From assembly GCA_964358615.1 (NCBI GenBank), contig CAYHOV010000004.1, positions 1-37,942 of the forward strand: 37,942 nucleotides of DNA. Direction: 5' to 3'. This DNA is from Candidatus Woesearchaeota archaeon (lineage in GTDB: Archaea; Nanobdellota; Nanobdellia; Pacearchaeales; GW2011-AR1). Below the pieces are notes generated by a model. That model did not search any database and had not been told where the DNA came from. It saw only the letters and a list, made by a program, of their open reading frames with translations. The translations under genes were made by a program, and so were the position numbers. Each line of letters begins with the position of its first letter. Positions within the stretch are counted from its first letter, which is position 1. Of the stretch, positions 35,425 to 37,942 are shown piece by piece.

Positions 35425-36215
35425 GGGGCAAATAAAAAGAAGATATTTAGATATTTATACGTGGGAATGTTTCCAATTTTTTGATATATCTCTATAAAAT
35501 TTTTAATAAAAAATATTGGAATTATTATTGCCATCAAAATCAAATAGTATTGTGAAACATCAAACAATATCGAGAAAAAAAGCAATGAAAATGGAGCAAA
35601 TGGTCTCAGCATCTCGGCAGTAAATACTTTTATCTTTGAAGTAATTCCTCCTCTAGAAATTCTTTTTCCAGATTCATAAACTTCACCGACTCTTTTCTTG
35701 ATCAAATCGTATCTTTTTTCATTTATGAAACATTCGTAAACTTTTAATTTTGCAAAATTATCCAAGAAAAAGAAAAAACCCGCAATCAAGCCCAGGTAAA
35801 AATAAATAATATTCCCGTCAGTGCGATATAAACCGACTCCAAGAGCTAAAAGCAAAAGACTTCGGTTTATCCACGAAAAAAAGGTATCCAGATAAGAGCC
35901 TCCGATAGTGGTATTTTTTGTCGCTCGAGCAATCTGACCGTCGACGTAATCCAATAAAATAGCAAGATGATAAATCAGGATGCCGGCCAATAAATATCTG
36001 TATCCTCCAAGACTCATCACAAATATTCCAATAAGCCCGATTATTCCCCAAAGAAAAGATATTTGATTTGGAGTAAATGGAAGGAATCTTGCAAAAAAAT
36101 AAGAGACATATGGAGAGATATAACCAAATGGATAGATATTAATTGACCAGTTGCTCCGATCTTCACCACCTTTTACAATTTCTTGAAAAGTTATATTTTT
36201 ACTCATATACATCAT
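35412..36215 (-). CDS. CDP-alcohol phosphotransferase family membrane protein (variant motif)
   Basis: Motifs TPNQIS and DYVDGQIARA-x6-GGSYLDTFFS. The last Asp of the DxxDGxxAR..GxxxDxxxD signature is replaced by Ser. Confidence 0.88.
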   Translation of the reverse strand: MMYMSKNITFQEIVKGGEDRSNWSINIYPFGYISPYVSYFFARFLPFTPNQISFLWGIIGLIGIFVMSLGGYRYLLAGILIYHLAILLDYVDGQIARATKNTTIGGSYLDTFFSWINRSLLLLALGVGLYRTDGNIIYFYLGLIAGFFFFLDNFAKLKVYECFINEKRYDLIKKRVGEVYESGKRISRGGITSKIKVFTAEMLRPFAPFSLLFFSILFDVSQYYLILMAIIIPIFFIKNFIEIYQKIGNIPTYKYLNIFFLFAPWWF

Positions 36216-37690
36216 CTCATGTATTTTTCTTTATAAATCTTGCTTAGCTCTCCGAACCTTTTTTCACCAGCTTCGTCAAATCTCTCGGCAGTTTGAATCT
36301 GTGGCCACATTTCCCTCGGCAATCGCACATAGAGCGGAAATGTTCTTTGTAATCCCCTTATCTCGCTAGAAGATAGTTGGGGCATAGTAAGTGTCGCATC
36401 AGAACGATAATCTCCGGCTGTTCTTTCTCTCGCGACATATCCGTTTTCGACGCACATTCCCCAAAGTTTTGTTCCACGATAGGGAGAAAAGATATTGATG
36501 ATAGGATTGTCTGGTTCTAAAACTCGATTTAACTCGACAGTATCAAAGAACAAATCTCGGGTTTCTGTAGGGAATCCGACAATATTATTCGCACAAATTC
36601 TTATTCCTGATTTTTTTGCAGTCCTAAATGCTTCGACTAATCTTTCATTTGAAACTTTTCTTCCCAAAACACTTCTTCGAAATTGATCGTTTCCATGCTC
36701 AATGCCTATACTCAAACCTTCACAGCCGACTTCTCTTAGCTTCAATATTTTTTCAAGATCTACTGTCTCTGGTCTTGTCTCTATCCAAAAAGGAAGCCTT
36801 ACATCGCTATATCCTTCAACAAACTCACTAAATCTTTCCTGGCTCATATGAAGAAAATTTTCTGCTACAAGATAAAGATATTGCATCCCAAACTTTTGTT
36901 TTTTATCTTTTAATTCTGCCATAAATTTTGCAATGCTCCTTTCTCGAGGGTATCTTCCGATTCCTTTATACATATCCTGAAGTTCTGCATTGCAACAAAA
37001 AGTGCATCGATAGGTGCATCCCCGGGTCAATTCTATTGGTCCACTTACCCAAATCTTTCCGCCCATGGGTTTGAAAAATCTTTCTCTGTCATAAATATCC
37101 CAATCTTGGTCAGGAAGATCGTCTAATTTTACGAGAGGCCTTAGAGGATTTGCTGTCAGTGTTTGGCCTTTTCTTACTACTAAATTCTGAACGTCTGAAA
37201 AATCTTTTCCAGAATCTAATCTTGATGCGAGCTCGACAATCGCTTCTTCTCCTTCTCCTCTGCAAACCATATCTGTCGGACATTCTCTCATTATCTCTTC
37301 TGCAGCCATTGTTGCATGTATTCCTCCAACAATTTTTGGAGTTTTAATGTCTCGGATAGACTCTAGCATCTCTCGAGCAATGGAGTAAGTAGGTTCTACG
37401 ACCGATAGGGCGATAAGATCTGGATTGAACCGGTTTATTTGTTCTCTAAAATCTCCTGTAAGTGAACCTGGTTTTTCTCTTATGCCTAAATCTGCGAGAT
37501 TTGTAGATCTTATCTGCAAGGATTTTACTCTAGCGTCGTCGCCTGTCTCTTCTCTTGTCCTGTAAAAAGTTGTATCAAATAATTCTACTTTATGACCTTC
37601 TCTTTTCAAACAAGCAGAAAGCAAAGATACTCCTATCGGTATAAGATTATCCATAAAACTGTTAACATAACTAAGTAATACTCGAGTCAT
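36212..37690 (-). CDS. Cobalamin-binding (class B) radical SAM protein #4
   Basis: Motifs PIGVSLLSA, GGIHAT, RGEGE, TRGCTYRCTFC, GIEHG and PYRGT. Confidence 0.92.
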   Translation of the reverse strand: MTRVLLSYVNSFMDNLIPIGVSLLSACLKREGHKVELFDTTFYRTREETGDDARVKSLQIRSTNLADLGIREKPGSLTGDFREQINRFNPDLIALSVVEPTYSIAREMLESIRDIKTPKIVGGIHATMAAEEIMRECPTDMVCRGEGEEAIVELASRLDSGKDFSDVQNLVVRKGQTLTANPLRPLVKLDDLPDQDWDIYDRERFFKPMGGKIWVSGPIELTRGCTYRCTFCCNAELQDMYKGIGRYPRERSIAKFMAELKDKKQKFGMQYLYLVAENFLHMSQERFSEFVEGYSDVRLPFWIETRPETVDLEKILKLREVGCEGLSIGIEHGNDQFRRSVLGRKVSNERLVEAFRTAKKSGIRICANNIVGFPTETRDLFFDTVELNRVLEPDNPIINIFSPYRGTKLWGMCVENGYVARERTAGDYRSDATLTMPQLSSSEIRGLQRTFPLYVRLPREMWPQIQTAERFDEAGEKRFGELSKIYKEKYMR

Positions 37691-37717
37691 TTAATTTTTT
37701 AGAAAGATGCTTTTTAA

Positions 37718-37942
37718 TTATTTCGATACTCTAAGATTCATCTCGGTTAGAGTCTCTTTCATCGCATTAAGGAATTTAGTTATATCCCCTCTATTAATAT
37801 CTCCGATTGTGCCTAATCTGAATGTATTCTCTTTTATTTTTCCAGGATAGATCGTAAAACCTTTTTTATATAAAATATCGTGAAGTCTATCAAAAGAATA
37901 ATTCTTATCTTTAGGCTCAAAAAAAGTGACCAACAAAAAACT
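37718..37942 (-). CDS. C-terminus of a 2-aminoethylphosphonate aminotransferase (PhnW/AepZ-like class V PLP enzyme); 5' end outside window
   Basis: TFFEP.D..YSFD.LHD.L..KGFTIYPGK....FRLGTIGDI...DI..FL matches the PhnW-type C-terminal signature (GFxIYPGK...FRIGxIG). Only about 74 codons are visible. Confidence 0.78.
   Translation of the reverse strand, partial: SFLLVTFFEPKDKNYSFDRLHDILYKKGFTIYPGKIKENTFRLGTIGDINRGDITKFLNAMKETLTEMNLRVSK

Noticed and set aside
147-37347. Dozens of 60-130 aa ORFs antisense to or out of frame within long genes (e.g. 16861-17223, 23364-23717, 24642-24824, 31794-32186)
   Set aside because: They overlap well-supported genes, have no recognisable motifs, and are expected shadow ORFs.

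Overview
AT-rich archaeal window. The lineage is inferred, not proven: the compact layout, archaeal SecY/AglB and TATA promoters suggest a small-genome DPANN archaeon, possibly Pace-/Woesearchaeota-like. Bases 1-5.2 kb hold the end of the ribosomal spc-type cluster (uL15, secY), a mini VKOR-like gene, the DUF106/EMC3-type insertase, a SET-domain protein, RNase HI, a ribose-1,5-bisphosphate-isomerase/eIF2B-like gene, a SpoIIM-like membrane protein and an unannotated 44-aa CxxC/CxxC protein. From 5.2 kb to the end is one large protein N-glycosylation/surface-glycan locus. Its core is aglB, an AglH/GPT-like initiating transferase, a flippase, six GT2s, a GT4, a GT25 and a GT-C. The tailoring set is unusually rich: four cobalamin-binding radical SAM enzymes, two SPASM/twitch-type radical SAM enzymes and five class I methyltransferases. 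One methyltransferase is absent from the ORF track because it is frameshifted at a G7 tract. The locus also carries a Campylobacter-capsule-like GDP-heptose module (Cj1427-like dehydrogenase, GmhB, an HddC-CBS-HddA fusion, two GDP-fucose-synthase-like enzymes). At the right edge is a probable phosphonate operon: AEP transaminase, B12 radical SAM, atypical CDP-alcohol phosphotransferase and GT2. Non-coding signals include a near-invariant TATA-N21-ATG geometry (leaderless transcription), two 50-bp divergent spacers that each share one central TATA box, and a nested inverted-repeat element between aglB and aglH. No rRNA, tRNA, CRISPR array or transposase was seen. All family calls are from motif recognition, not database searches.
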